Assembly: GCA_013694585.1 (NCBI GenBank)
Contig: JACDCB010000019.1
Coordinates: forward strand, 1 to 52,184
Direction: 5' to 3'
Source: Nitrosopumilus sp.
GTDB taxonomy: Archaea; Thermoproteota; Nitrososphaeria; Nitrososphaerales; Nitrososphaeraceae
Length of the DNA: 52,184 bases
The position numbers and the translations under genes are program-made. Numbering within the stretch: the stretch's first letter is position 1; each line of letters starts with the position of its first letter. Positions 8,325-18,315 of the stretch are shown here, piece after piece. The notes under the pieces are model-generated. The model did no database searches. It worked only from the letters and a program-made list of their open reading frames with translations, and was not told where the DNA came from.

Positions 8325-9079
8325 GTGTCCCCTACAGACTCTTTAATCTTTATCACAACATTATCTCCATTTTTGAGATTGGATGATTCTTTTATGTTCA
8401 AAGGGCCGATGACCTCTATTAGGTTGTTATTATGATGGGTCCTTTCCAATAAAAGAACGTGAACATCATTTGAAATATCAGGTGGTTGCGATTCGATCCC
8501 GTCAATAGAGAGTTTGGATTCTTGAGCTATTGTAGCAGGATAGCATCTCACCCAGCCAAAGGTTCTATCTGAATTTTTGAACCCGTCAATGTAAATAGAG
8601 GGGTAATTTATCAGATCTTTTCTTGAATTCACGTAATTCTTATCCTCGATCTTTACATTAAGCGTTCCAGGGAATGGCTCATAACCCAATTTAAGTTGGA
8701 ACTGTTTCTTGTAACCCTCTAGGGACATATAATAAGCGCCTTCTCCCATCCCTGTAACGATCTTCCCCTTAAAAAGCACAGGCTTAATATGGGATTTCTC
8801 CATAGATATTTTTAATAAATTATAAATATTCTGTAATATTTCAAAACCGGTTTCTGTCAGTTTCATTCCAAATTTCTTTTTGTTCTTTATCCTTTCTATT
8901 AGGTTTTCTTTCTCTAGGTCAATCAGTATTTTCGAAGCTGTTTGTTGGGATCTATTAATTAAACGACTTATTTGTGTACTCGTAATTTCTAAATAAATGT
9001 CCTTACCTCCATTCGACAGCAAATGTATCATTACTAAAAAATGAAAATAGTTAAAGTTTGAGTGATCTTTAACCATCAT
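8321..9079 (-). CDS. ribK: CTP-dependent riboflavin kinase with N-terminal HTH (RbkR-type)
   Basis: SQQTAS HTH, GKIVTGMGEGAYY, GYEPFPGTLN, ERTHH. Confidence 0.9.
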   Translation of the reverse strand: MMVKDHSNFNYFHFLVMIHLLSNGGKDIYLEITSTQISRLINRSQQTASKILIDLEKENLIERIKNKKKFGMKLTETGFEILQNIYNLLKISMEKSHIKPVLFKGKIVTGMGEGAYYMSLEGYKKQFQLKLGYEPFPGTLNVKIEDKNYVNSRKDLINYPSIYIDGFKNSDRTFGWVRCYPATIAQESKLSIDGIESQPPDISNDVHVLLLERTHHNNNLIEVIGPLNIKESSNLKNGDNVVIKIKESVGDT

Positions 9080-9085
9080 ATGCAA

Positions 9086-10462
9086 TTATCTGCTACTGAT
9101 AGGCTGACTAATTAAACCCATATCTGAAAATGTTTGAACACGAACATCCGGGGTTAACTTTTTCAAATTGCTGGTTCTATGACCTATTATGTACTTTATA
9201 CCCGATTTATTTGCAGCCTCAACGAGCCTAGGAGTAACGATGCCGTCTAATATAAGTAAATTTCCGTCCTTTAGGTCAGATATTTTCTTCATTATTTCAG
9301 ATATGGGAATTTTAACTATCTTTTTCATTGACTTATCAAAAATCATTGCACCTAAAGTTTCATTTATTTCCTGAAATACTTGCTTCACAATGGAAATAAC
9401 TTCTTCATCTTCTTTAGAAGTCATGTTATCTGGGCTTTGCCTTTGGTTGCTATTATCATAATTATCATGCTTGTTTAAGCTTTGAGTTGTAAAATCCCTA
9501 TCATATGGGAATGCGCTATTTTGGTCTTGATTATTTGACTGATCCTGGTTATGATCAACTCTACGATGATTCCTGATCTGTTGTACATTCGATGGAACGG
9601 CGTTAGTGTCGTTGATTTTGTCTTTCATAAGTTGTTCAACGTCCTTCAATATTTCTGAAATCTCCAGTGGAGTGCACTCCTCTACCTCTCTTCCCGCAGG
9701 AGCTCTGTATACTTTTTCTATATCTACCAGCCCTTGTAACTCCTTTAGTATCAAATCTCCAGCGCGATCGCCATCGATAAATGCAACAGTCTTTTTACCC
9801 TGTGTCAATTTTAAAATAGTCTCGTCAATTTTTGCCCCTTCGATCGCGATTGAATTATCATATCCCGCTCTTAAGAGATTAATAACATCTGCACGACCCT
9901 CTACAAGTATTATCCAATCGCTGTCAAAAACGCCGACACCACATGCTAGTTGTGCCTTTCCAAATGTTGTTAATCTGCCTGGCTTGCTGGCATCGTACAC
10001 ATCCTTTAACATTTCTTCTCCTTCACTAATGGTTTTGGTGGCCCATTCTTGAACAATTTTTTTGGCCCTGTCAACGATTACTTTCTTCTTTATCGCTCTA
10101 ATATCGTCAATTCCAACCAAAGAAAATTTTGCCTGGAAAGGTCCTACTTTATCAATACTTTCAATAGCCGCAGCAATTAAAGCAGCAGTAGAGATATCAG
10201 TACTCATGGGAATCAAGGCATCTCCTCGTGCTGAGTTGGATTTTGTATCCACGTTTACTTCAATTCTACCAACTTTCGAAACCTTCTGTAATTCATTTAA
10301 GTTCATCTCTGGGCCTAACAAACCCTCAGTTTGGCCAAATATTGCGCCAATAATATCGGCCTTCTCGACCAGTCCATCAACATCGAATTTTAGCTTGACA
10401 TGATATTTTACAATACCAGTATTTGGCATTTTTATTATTTCATTATTAATTTTATTTGTCAT
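9086..10462 (-). CDS. dnaG: Archaeal DnaG (Toprim, exosome-associated)
   Basis: DIIGAIFGQTEGLLG, VEGRADV, DGDRAG, EVEE; start may be 10429 (MPNTG). Confidence 0.93.
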   Translation of the reverse strand: MTNKINNEIIKMPNTGIVKYHVKLKFDVDGLVEKADIIGAIFGQTEGLLGPEMNLNELQKVSKVGRIEVNVDTKSNSARGDALIPMSTDISTAALIAAAIESIDKVGPFQAKFSLVGIDDIRAIKKKVIVDRAKKIVQEWATKTISEGEEMLKDVYDASKPGRLTTFGKAQLACGVGVFDSDWIILVEGRADVINLLRAGYDNSIAIEGAKIDETILKLTQGKKTVAFIDGDRAGDLILKELQGLVDIEKVYRAPAGREVEECTPLEISEILKDVEQLMKDKINDTNAVPSNVQQIRNHRRVDHNQDQSNNQDQNSAFPYDRDFTTQSLNKHDNYDNSNQRQSPDNMTSKEDEEVISIVKQVFQEINETLGAMIFDKSMKKIVKIPISEIMKKISDLKDGNLLILDGIVTPRLVEAANKSGIKYIIGHRTSNLKKLTPDVRVQTFSDMGLISQPISSR

Positions 10463-10604
10463 ATTTCACTGATTATCATATCTATAATGGCTTACCTTGA
10501 TTAAGTTTTTTGTTTTAAAATTTTTCTGCCTTTCTTTACACTTTCAACTGTTTATATAATAAGTATCCTATAGACCTTGAAATAACTCAATGAAAATGCT
10601 TTTT

Positions 10605-11000
10605 TTAATTATCTAGCATACTGTTGTAGAATGATTTTAATTCCTCAACGGTCCGTATTTTCCCTTGTGTAATTTTTATTATTTTATTTCTGTAATAATT
10701 ATCTATATACCTTTGATTTAATAAATGGGAAATTTTTCTAGTCATTCTTTCACCACTATGATCCAAATCTAAAAGCAAAATTAATTTCTTATATTTAGTT
10801 CTAAAATCATCTACCAAATCAACAATATTCTTATAATTATGATAGATTCGTATGTTTCCAGCACAGCCCAAATATGATAATGCTTCCAAATCTCTTTTGC
10901 CTTCTACCAAAATCAATGAATCTTTAGTGGATTCGTTGTTAATCTGATTTACAAATTCTCTTAATTCTCTAACTTTCTCCAGGCGATGGGTTTTATCCAT
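10605..11000 (-). CDS. Small Toprim-domain protein
   Basis: LVEGKRD and DLDHSG Toprim motifs; upstream of dnaG. Confidence 0.85.
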   Translation of the reverse strand: MDKTHRLEKVRELREFVNQINNESTKDSLILVEGKRDLEALSYLGCAGNIRIYHNYKNIVDLVDDFRTKYKKLILLLDLDHSGERMTRKISHLLNQRYIDNYYRNKIIKITQGKIRTVEELKSFYNSMLDN

Positions 11001-11018
11001 TACTCCATTCTATTTTAT

Positions 11019-11321
11019 TTACGAGCCTACTCTCTTCATTTTGGATCCGCATTTTGGACATGAAGATTGATTATGTTTTGTTCCACAGCTCATACAATAA
11101 TAGCTCACGGAACTACCATTTCCACCAAATACAGAGCCTGCCATCCCCATCTTCTTCATGGCTCTATTTCTAATGTAATAACTAAGCAAAATGAAAACTA
11201 CTATTATTACCGGTAAAGATAACGGAAAGGGTAGCAAGAACGAGATCGCAAGACTTATTCCTAAGGATATACCAATCCACAATAATTGTTGTGACAAGAA
11301 TTGTTTGTTATTATCTATCAC
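11019..11321 (-). CDS. Small membrane protein with C-terminal zinc ribbon
   Basis: Two hydrophobic helices, CMSC....CPKC. Confidence 0.75.
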   Translation of the reverse strand: MIDNNKQFLSQQLLWIGISLGISLAISFLLPFPLSLPVIIVVFILLSYYIRNRAMKKMGMAGSVFGGNGSSVSYYCMSCGTKHNQSSCPKCGSKMKRVGS

Positions 11322-11390
11322 TATATCTCAGTGTTATATTTAAGAAACATTATATATAAAATGTTTCCCATAGTAAATAAAGTCAGAAAT

Positions 11391-11699
11391 TTAGCTATAT
11401 TCTGTGTAATATTTATACCTCTTCTCTACTTCCTTATTCTTTCCTTCACGAACTATGTCAATTTCTTTTTTTAATAGATTCTTAGTATACTCTTTAAATT
11501 TAATTCCCTCTTCTGTATCTGGAAATTTGCTTAGTGAAAATTCAAATAGCTGCATAAAGTCAATAACTAAATCTCTAAATTCCTCTTTCGAGGGTCTTTT
11601 GTTATTGTTGACCTTGAGCATGGAGACTGCTAGTTGTGAAGCATATATTTTTGCTATATCTTCAGCTAATCTGTCAACTTCAAAGTAATCAGCCACCAA
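11391..11699 (-). CDS. Hypothetical protein
   Basis: 102-aa ORF filling the gap, plausible soluble helical protein. Confidence 0.7.
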   Translation of the reverse strand: MVADYFEVDRLAEDIAKIYASQLAVSMLKVNNNKRPSKEEFRDLVIDFMQLFEFSLSKFPDTEEGIKFKEYTKNLLKKEIDIVREGKNKEVEKRYKYYTEYS

Positions 11700-11793
11700 G
11701 TAACCGGACTTAGATAATTAATAAATTTTATGAGGTGGTTTTGATTCGCTAAATAGAAAGATAGAAATGTGAATGATTTCTAAAAAAGTTATT

Positions 11794-11961
11794 ATGCCAA
11801 TTACCGATGTAACAAAAAGAACTATTGCCCAGCAGCGTCGATTGTTTTTCAAAATCTGTTTTAATTGCGGAGCAAAAAATCCAATAGGCGGAACTAGATG
11901 TAGAAAGTGTCACGGCAGTCAGATGCGATTAAAGAACAGAACCCTAGGTGCAAAGAAATAA
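11794..11961 (+). CDS. rpl40e: 50S ribosomal protein L40e
   Basis: KICFNCGAKNP..TRCRKC...MRLK; ATG 11794 (MPITD) preferred. Confidence 0.93.
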   Translation: MPITDVTKRTIAQQRRLFFKICFNCGAKNPIGGTRCRKCHGSQMRLKNRTLGAKK

Positions 11962-12058
11962 TCTAGTGGTTGGCATATGGTATTGTAATTTTTTCAATTC
12001 TAAATAAGAAAACTTTAATTATCTTTTTTGATTCCTACACTTTGAGATCACAAATAAT

Positions 12059-13783
12059 ATGAAGTATCCAAAGGTTGTTCTTACCGCTGATAGAACATTA
12101 ATGTCTCCCTATCGAGGAATTTCACTTGCATCATTTTTTGGATGTGCTCCTGCACTGGATCCAAACCGTAGTCATGATTCTATTTGGTATAAAATATTAG
12201 GAAATCAAGTAACTCCTAAATTGCTTTTTGATTTTATTTGTAACCCGATTGCTAATTCTAACGGATTGGCCGATTACGCACCATATGGCTTGAGAAAAGT
12301 TGAAGCCGCCTTATTGAGGGACGGATATGCGAAGGAGGATGTAGTTGTTGCTCATCCCGATTATATTGATAAATTTATTGGTCCACAAACTGAATTCGTA
12401 GGTACTTATGAAATGGACCCGCTAGGGATGGGCCCTGTTACAATGACGTTTACTTATGGGAGGAAACAAATGTCATACGCTGAATTTTATAACCGAGATC
12501 TTCATCATCGAATTAATGCTGCCAAACAAAGGAATGGAAGCAAGGCCAAAGTGGTTGTTGGGGCCTCCGGTACGTGGCAGTATAATTATGACCCAGCCAA
12601 AATTGAAGAATATGGGTTGTACGCAATCGTCGAGGGAGATTTGGGAGGTATTGGACCTGAACTCGACGGCGTAGGCGGGAGGTTCTTTGACGCTATGATC
12701 AATAATGAGTTGGAAACCGCTAATCCCTTTAAGAAATCTGAGTTTAAAGTCGAAATCAAAGAATTTGATAGAAACGGTAGGAAATATCATGGTAGGTTTG
12801 TTCATTATTCCAGAGAACCAAGTGTAGCTGAAATTCCGGATATAGTTAATCCCAGTATGCACGGAATGGTTGAGGTAATGAGAGGATGCGGGAGAGGATG
12901 CAAATTTTGCGATGTTACACTTCGACCTTTACGCTATTATCCAGTAGAAAAAGTACAAAGAGAAATCCGAATCAATATGAAATATGGCGGATTAAAAAAT
13001 GCTTGGATCCATAGCGATGATATCTTTGTTTATGGTCTTAATCCAAGGACGACCAAAAATATGCAGCCTAATAGGGAAGCAATTGAAGAACTATTCAAGG
13101 GGATCATGGAAACAGGGGTAGAACATACCAATCCTACACATGGAACATTAGCTGGTGCCATTGCAGATGAAAAACTTATACCCAATCTTTCCCGGATAAT
13201 CAAAGCTGGACCTACTAATCATATTGGTGTTCAATGTGGATTAGAAACGGGCAGCATTCGATTAATTGGGAAATACGCCGACAGGAAGTTAGCCCCCTTT
13301 AGACCATCTGAGTGGCATTGGGTTGTAAAGGAAGGTGTAAAAACACTAAATGAAAATTACTGGGTACCCGCATTTACCCTTATCATGGGATTAGATAACA
13401 ATGAAACTGCTGAGGATAGCTGGGATACCATCCAACTTATACATCAGTTAGAAAAAGAACAACCTGATTCTAAATTCACCGTAACGCCATTGACTTTTGT
13501 TCCAATTGGTCTGTTAGAAAAGTCCGACTTTTTTGACATAGGTAACACAATGGATCCAGCAAAATTGGGAGTGATGTATAAAACATGGCAACACAACTTC
13601 AAATATGCAATTCACAAATTCATGCATAAAGTTGGCCAAAATGATCCAGTGAAGAAATTCTTCTTTGCATCACTTGCTAGGACATTAGGAGGTGTACCTC
13701 TAAATGCTATGGAAAAATATGCTCGTAAGAAGAGCCCTGAACATGAGAAAGTAATTGAAAAAATCAAGGCACAGTATGCATAA
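12059..13783 (+). CDS. Radical SAM protein of the B12-binding class, GDGT ring synthase (Grs)-like
   Basis: CxxxCxxC (RGCGRGCKFC); N-terminal LTADRTLM and APYGLRKVEA motifs, which I recognise from the Grs family. Confidence 0.7.
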   Translation: MKYPKVVLTADRTLMSPYRGISLASFFGCAPALDPNRSHDSIWYKILGNQVTPKLLFDFICNPIANSNGLADYAPYGLRKVEAALLRDGYAKEDVVVAHPDYIDKFIGPQTEFVGTYEMDPLGMGPVTMTFTYGRKQMSYAEFYNRDLHHRINAAKQRNGSKAKVVVGASGTWQYNYDPAKIEEYGLYAIVEGDLGGIGPELDGVGGRFFDAMINNELETANPFKKSEFKVEIKEFDRNGRKYHGRFVHYSREPSVAEIPDIVNPSMHGMVEVMRGCGRGCKFCDVTLRPLRYYPVEKVQREIRINMKYGGLKNAWIHSDDIFVYGLNPRTTKNMQPNREAIEELFKGIMETGVEHTNPTHGTLAGAIADEKLIPNLSRIIKAGPTNHIGVQCGLETGSIRLIGKYADRKLAPFRPSEWHWVVKEGVKTLNENYWVPAFTLIMGLDNNETAEDSWDTIQLIHQLEKEQPDSKFTVTPLTFVPIGLLEKSDFFDIGNTMDPAKLGVMYKTWQHNFKYAIHKFMHKVGQNDPVKKFFFASLARTLGGVPLNAMEKYARKKSPEHEKVIEKIKAQYA

Positions 13784-13789
13784 AGATAT

Positions 13790-14698
13790 CTAATTAGTAT
13801 TCTTTATCTCTAGTTCGCTTAAGAATAGTTCAATGTCTGAATAAATTGGACTAGATACTGATTTTTCCAATTTTTCTTTCATTATCTTATTTGAGAAAAC
13901 AATAATTTGATATTTTTCCGTGGCATCCGTATTGACTAGAGCCGAGTGTAGAAATCTTATGGCCGTTTCGTTATGTGAAACCACTATAATACTGGTTTTT
14001 CCCTTTGCTCTTTTAGATAATTTATTGATATAACGTTGAAAATCTATATCAAAAAAGGGATCAATAAAGTTCTCAACATTTCCTATTATGGTAGAATTTA
14101 GGCCATCTTGCCTTGTCAATATATCAATCATTATGCAAATAGGTAATGATTCGTCGTCGCCAGATACTATTACAAGTAAGGGGTTACCGAACTTTCGATT
14201 ATAACTATTATTGGTTTTAATAATGTTTCTCAATAATCTGAATGAGTCTGTAAGATTAGTAAGTAAGTGAATTTTTTCGGTCTTACCTATTTTCCCTCTA
14301 TGATATAATTCCAGAATGGTATTTAAAACGGGGAAACAAACATCTGTAAAAATTTTTCTCAAATTGAGATTCCGGTTGATCAGACTTAGAACTATATTGT
14401 CTGTGAATTCCTTTTGGCCATTGATTAAGGATTCTATGATCTTTTGCTGAATCTCAAGGAAATTTTCATCTTTCAAATCTAAATTGATTATTCCAGGGTC
14501 TAAAAACCAAAAGTTTACCGAGCCAATTTTTTTTTTGTTTAGAATTTTTTGGAAATATAATATATCGAGATATTTGGATATAGTAATACGATTAGTTCCT
14601 AGTTTAATTGAAATTTCACTACTAGACATAGGATTATTATTTTGTAAGAGATCTATTACTCTTTTCTGAATATCCGATAAATCGTACTTCTTATACAT
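13790..14698 (-). CDS. wHTH transcriptional regulator with degenerate cobalamin-binding cap and Rossmann-like domains
   Basis: N-terminal SSSEISIKLGTNRITISKYL HTH; FPVLNTILELYHRGKI..TE resembles the B12 cap helix bundle. Confidence 0.6.
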   Translation of the reverse strand: MYKKYDLSDIQKRVIDLLQNNNPMSSSEISIKLGTNRITISKYLDILYFQKILNKKKIGSVNFWFLDPGIINLDLKDENFLEIQQKIIESLINGQKEFTDNIVLSLINRNLNLRKIFTDVCFPVLNTILELYHRGKIGKTEKIHLLTNLTDSFRLLRNIIKTNNSYNRKFGNPLLVIVSGDDESLPICIMIDILTRQDGLNSTIIGNVENFIDPFFDIDFQRYINKLSKRAKGKTSIIVVSHNETAIRFLHSALVNTDATEKYQIIVFSNKIMKEKLEKSVSSPIYSDIELFLSELEIKNTN

Positions 14699-14761
14699 TG
14701 GTTACAATGATTTGGTTGGAATCATTTAAAAAGAATTTTTTCGGTACTAGATTTTCAAACT

Positions 14762-15436
14762 TCAAAATTGCGATGCCAATTCATAAATCTTTTCGTACCA
14801 ATTTTTTGACTTTACCACGCTACTAGCTGCGAGTATCCCTTTTGAGCCCAATTCAACTGCGATTCTTACATCTTCCGATGAATTTATTCCGGCACCACAA
14901 ATCAATTGGGATCGACTTGCCTCTAATTTTAAATGTTGAAACGAATCAGTTATTAAAGATGGCTTTTCTGCAGAAATAGATTTTTTGGTTCCGATTAATT
15001 CTGGGGGCTCTATGGCTACATAATCTGGCCCCATAGAACTAATATCTCTCAGTTCAGCCAAATTTTTGGCACAAACAATACTCAATAGACCTAACGAACG
15101 CAATCTGGGAATCAAATCTCTTATAATATTTTGATTTATTGGATGTTCACTATGATTGATTAGTGACCCAACTCCACCGACATCTTTAACAATCTCTGGA
15201 ATTGAAAAACCCGTACTTGGACCTGGTTGTTGTACATCTACATGTTGTGCTATTACACTTAATTTTGTATTTTTTGCCAGCCATGCTAAAAGGACCTGGG
15301 GGGGCGACAGAATTATTTCAGTATCCGTCCTCTCGCTAACTCGTTCAGCTTCTTTTGTAAGTGATAAGGCCTTATCGCCTGAAATCTCTAGATAGTTTTT
15401 AAAATTTATTATGAGTGGTCCCTTTCTGTCAGACAT
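14762..15436 (-). CDS. tpiA: Triosephosphate isomerase (archaeal type)
   Basis: INFKNY, NHSEH, AIEPPELIG, CGAGI; ATG 15436 preferred. Confidence 0.95.
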   Translation of the reverse strand: MSDRKGPLIINFKNYLEISGDKALSLTKEAERVSERTDTEIILSPPQVLLAWLAKNTKLSVIAQHVDVQQPGPSTGFSIPEIVKDVGGVGSLINHSEHPINQNIIRDLIPRLRSLGLLSIVCAKNLAELRDISSMGPDYVAIEPPELIGTKKSISAEKPSLITDSFQHLKLEASRSQLICGAGINSSEDVRIAVELGSKGILAASSVVKSKNWYEKIYELASQF

Positions 15437-15452
15437 TCTGGTTTTTGCTGGT

Positions 15453-16541
15453 TTATTTGAATTTTTCATTTAATTTAGCCATTCTGGCCTCATATCCTTT
15501 ATTGTATTCTAATTCTTCAGGTACAAGTGTAGCTGGATGGATAAATCCTTGAACTCTCATCATCATTGCACGCTCAGATGCTAACCTACGCTGGTATTCC
15601 CAATCAGCTGTCCCAAATCCATCATGAGGACCTGTAAGCTTTCCGTTGTGCATACTAAACAACAAGCAAGAAACTATGGGGATGGAGTAATTCAAACTTG
15701 CTGCAGAGTTCAATGAAACGGGCATAAATGGCATGTGATGACTACCCCTAGTGTTGCCTGCTACAATATGAGGATCGTTAAAAGCGCTACCAGCTTCTTC
15801 TGTGGCGGGAAAATTCTTTTGGGTTCTTACGATTGCAATTGGATCATCTTTTCCCACATAGGTTCCTGCGATATTATGAAGCCTATCGGTGGAACTTGAC
15901 ACAATTTGTTCACGTTGGTGTGTTAACACGGAATGTACCACATATCTACCGGGATACATCAAAGCAGCCTCTAACTCTGGCTTATCATTCCATAATTTTA
16001 GATCGGCAATTTTGCCTGACATTACATCCATGATCCTAAATATTACACCTTCTGCCAACTCCTCATTAATGATCAACCCTGTATTGCTTCTTGCGTCGAC
16101 AAACATTCTCCAAAAGGGAAAATTATAAGCCCCTGGCTCAGTTTTGTCTGCTGCAAATACACAAAATACTTCGCTAGGTCTTTCTTCCATTTCTATTTCG
16201 GCAACTCCTGGTCCCATCCCTTTTACATTCCCCGAGAATGAGTCCTTAAGCAAATCTTGCCCCGCGCCGTATAAACCCTGCTCTTTAGCAATTTTTGTCC
16301 CCTCAGTAAATGCATCCCAAGCAAGTTTGTGAATTTCTTTATTGTCTATGCCAAGTGTATGGGTCATCACAATGTGGATATCATCGCCGGTGTATCCTAT
16401 GTAACTATCAATCAAAATTCCTTTTCCAGTTTTTAGCACAAAATCTTTAACAGTTAGAACCAATTTATCACTCGGTCTGGTATGTCCTCCGATTCCTCCA
16501 ATGTCTGCTTTTATTGCTGAAACAGTGATCTTCATACTCAA
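15453..16541 (-). CDS. fbp: Fructose-1,6-bisphosphate aldolase/phosphatase (class V)
   Basis: KADIGG..GH, GDD, YGAGQDLL, DKTEPGA, YVGKDDP. Confidence 0.95.
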   Translation of the reverse strand: MSMKITVSAIKADIGGIGGHTRPSDKLVLTVKDFVLKTGKGILIDSYIGYTGDDIHIVMTHTLGIDNKEIHKLAWDAFTEGTKIAKEQGLYGAGQDLLKDSFSGNVKGMGPGVAEIEMEERPSEVFCVFAADKTEPGAYNFPFWRMFVDARSNTGLIINEELAEGVIFRIMDVMSGKIADLKLWNDKPELEAALMYPGRYVVHSVLTHQREQIVSSSTDRLHNIAGTYVGKDDPIAIVRTQKNFPATEEAGSAFNDPHIVAGNTRGSHHMPFMPVSLNSAASLNYSIPIVSCLLFSMHNGKLTGPHDGFGTADWEYQRRLASERAMMMRVQGFIHPATLVPEELEYNKGYEARMAKLNEKFK

Positions 16542-16770
16542 CTTGAATTCTACGAGGTTTAAAAATTTTTGTATCGCGCGATTTTATACTTGATTGATCG
16601 GTGATCATAAGATTTTGAACTAACAATTTTGTCCTCTGGTAAAAAAATAGGGGGATTTCCTGATTTGTTACTGTTATTTTTTTCCAATGACTAAACTATT
16701 CTATGATTAATATCGATATTTGTTGCCAAAAAAAGTAACCCATAAATATCCTTAATATTACTTTACTATC

Positions 16771-17028
16771 ATGCGTGACGCAAATTTAATAAAAATAATG
16801 ATCGAAGAGAGAGCTTTAGTGAAATTGATAAAGACTATCGGAGAGAAGGAGTATTCTACAAGAGATTTGTTGAAGAAATTGGGGGCTTATGGGTATGGTC
16901 ATAAATTACTCATAAAAGCTGAGGAAAAAGGACTAGTTGAACGAAGTAACGTAAAAAACAAAACTTATAATAAATTAACTAAAGAAGGAAAGAAAATTAT
17001 AAAATTAGCCAAGGAGATAGGAGTATAG
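16771..17028 (+). CDS. Small winged-helix DNA-binding protein
   Basis: Basic 85 aa, GLVER...YNKLTKEGK MarR-like wing. Confidence 0.7.
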   Translation: MRDANLIKIMIEERALVKLIKTIGEKEYSTRDLLKKLGAYGYGHKLLIKAEEKGLVERSNVKNKTYNKLTKEGKKIIKLAKEIGV

Positions 17029-17125
17029 CTTTATTAAAGGATTGACAAATCTTTTATTCTAAACATTTTTCACTTTTTTTATTTCACAAAGATTAAATTA
17101 TTAATTATACTAGGGACGCGTGTTA

Positions 17126-18313
17126 ATGAGCAAAGTAATTCTGGCTTTTTCGGGTGGATTAGATACGTCTGTTTGTGTAAAATATTTACAGAATCTTCAT
17201 AAACTTGATGTAATCACGCTTACTGTTGATGTAGGTCAAAACGATGATTTTGACGAAATTGAAGGAATTTCGTCAGAACTAGGAGCCATAGACCATATTT
17301 ATGTTGATTCAAAACACGAATTTGTTCACGACTATGTAACTCCCGCAATTAAGGCAAACGCACTTTATCAACAAAAATATCCACTTGCTACAGCATTAGC
17401 TCGACCGCTAATTGCTAGTAAAGCTGTTGATATGGCCAAAAAATATAATGCTACAGCTATATCTCATGGATGCACAGGGAAGGGTAACGATCAAGTTAGA
17501 TTTGATCTTACAATTAGATCATTAAATCCTAATTTGAATATAATTGCTCCAATTAGAGATCTGAACCTTACAAGGGATAAGGAATTAAAATATGCCAATG
17601 AGACTGGAATTAAGATAAGCGAAATAGCTAAGAAATATAGTATTGATGAAAATCTATGGGGTCGGGCTATTGAAGGCGGACCCCTCGAGAATTTAGAGAA
17701 CGAACCTTCTAGTGATTCACTTAAGTACGTTCATCAGGACAATACCTCTACTGAATATATAACGATCGGATTCGAAAAAGGAATACCTATTTCTATGAAC
17801 GATCAAAAAATGGACTTAGAAAAGCTGATCACTGAACTCAATAATATTGCGGGATCACATGGAGTTGGCATAATTGACCATATTGAGGATAGAATAGTAG
17901 GTATAAAATCCCGTGAAGTGTATGAGGCTCCTGCTGCACTGGTATTAATAGAATCTCACAAAGATCTTGAAAAATTGGTGTTAACTAACTCTGAGCTTCG
18001 TTTCAAACTATTAGTCGATGAACAGTGGGCATGGTTATCATATTCAGGATTGTGGCTAGACCCGCTTTTATCTGACTTGAATGCTTTTATCGAGAGAACG
18101 CAACAAAGGGTAAACGGCGAAATAAAGGTTAAAATGCATAACGGATCCTATCGAGTGGTAGGTAGAAAATCAATGTTTTCGCTATATAATAATGACACAG
18201 TAACTTATTTGTCCAATTCTAACTTCGACCAAACGTTGGCGAGAGGATTTGTCGCACTTTGGGGTCTACAATCTACCGCAGCAAATTCAAAAATTATGGA
18301 AAATAAGGAGTAA
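17126..18313 (+). CDS. argG: Argininosuccinate synthase
   Basis: LAFSGGLDTS, HGCTGKGNDQVRF, SIDENLWG, KSREVYE. Confidence 0.97.
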   Translation: MSKVILAFSGGLDTSVCVKYLQNLHKLDVITLTVDVGQNDDFDEIEGISSELGAIDHIYVDSKHEFVHDYVTPAIKANALYQQKYPLATALARPLIASKAVDMAKKYNATAISHGCTGKGNDQVRFDLTIRSLNPNLNIIAPIRDLNLTRDKELKYANETGIKISEIAKKYSIDENLWGRAIEGGPLENLENEPSSDSLKYVHQDNTSTEYITIGFEKGIPISMNDQKMDLEKLITELNNIAGSHGVGIIDHIEDRIVGIKSREVYEAPAALVLIESHKDLEKLVLTNSELRFKLLVDEQWAWLSYSGLWLDPLLSDLNAFIERTQQRVNGEIKVKMHNGSYRVVGRKSMFSLYNNDTVTYLSNSNFDQTLARGFVALWGLQSTAANSKIMENKE

Positions 18314-18315
18314 AA

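Noticed and set aside
9189-10403. Antisense ORFs inside dnaG, and similar ones inside adh, fbp, lysJ, ahcY, tfb and the binding protein
   Set aside because: Mirror frames of conserved genes, no motifs
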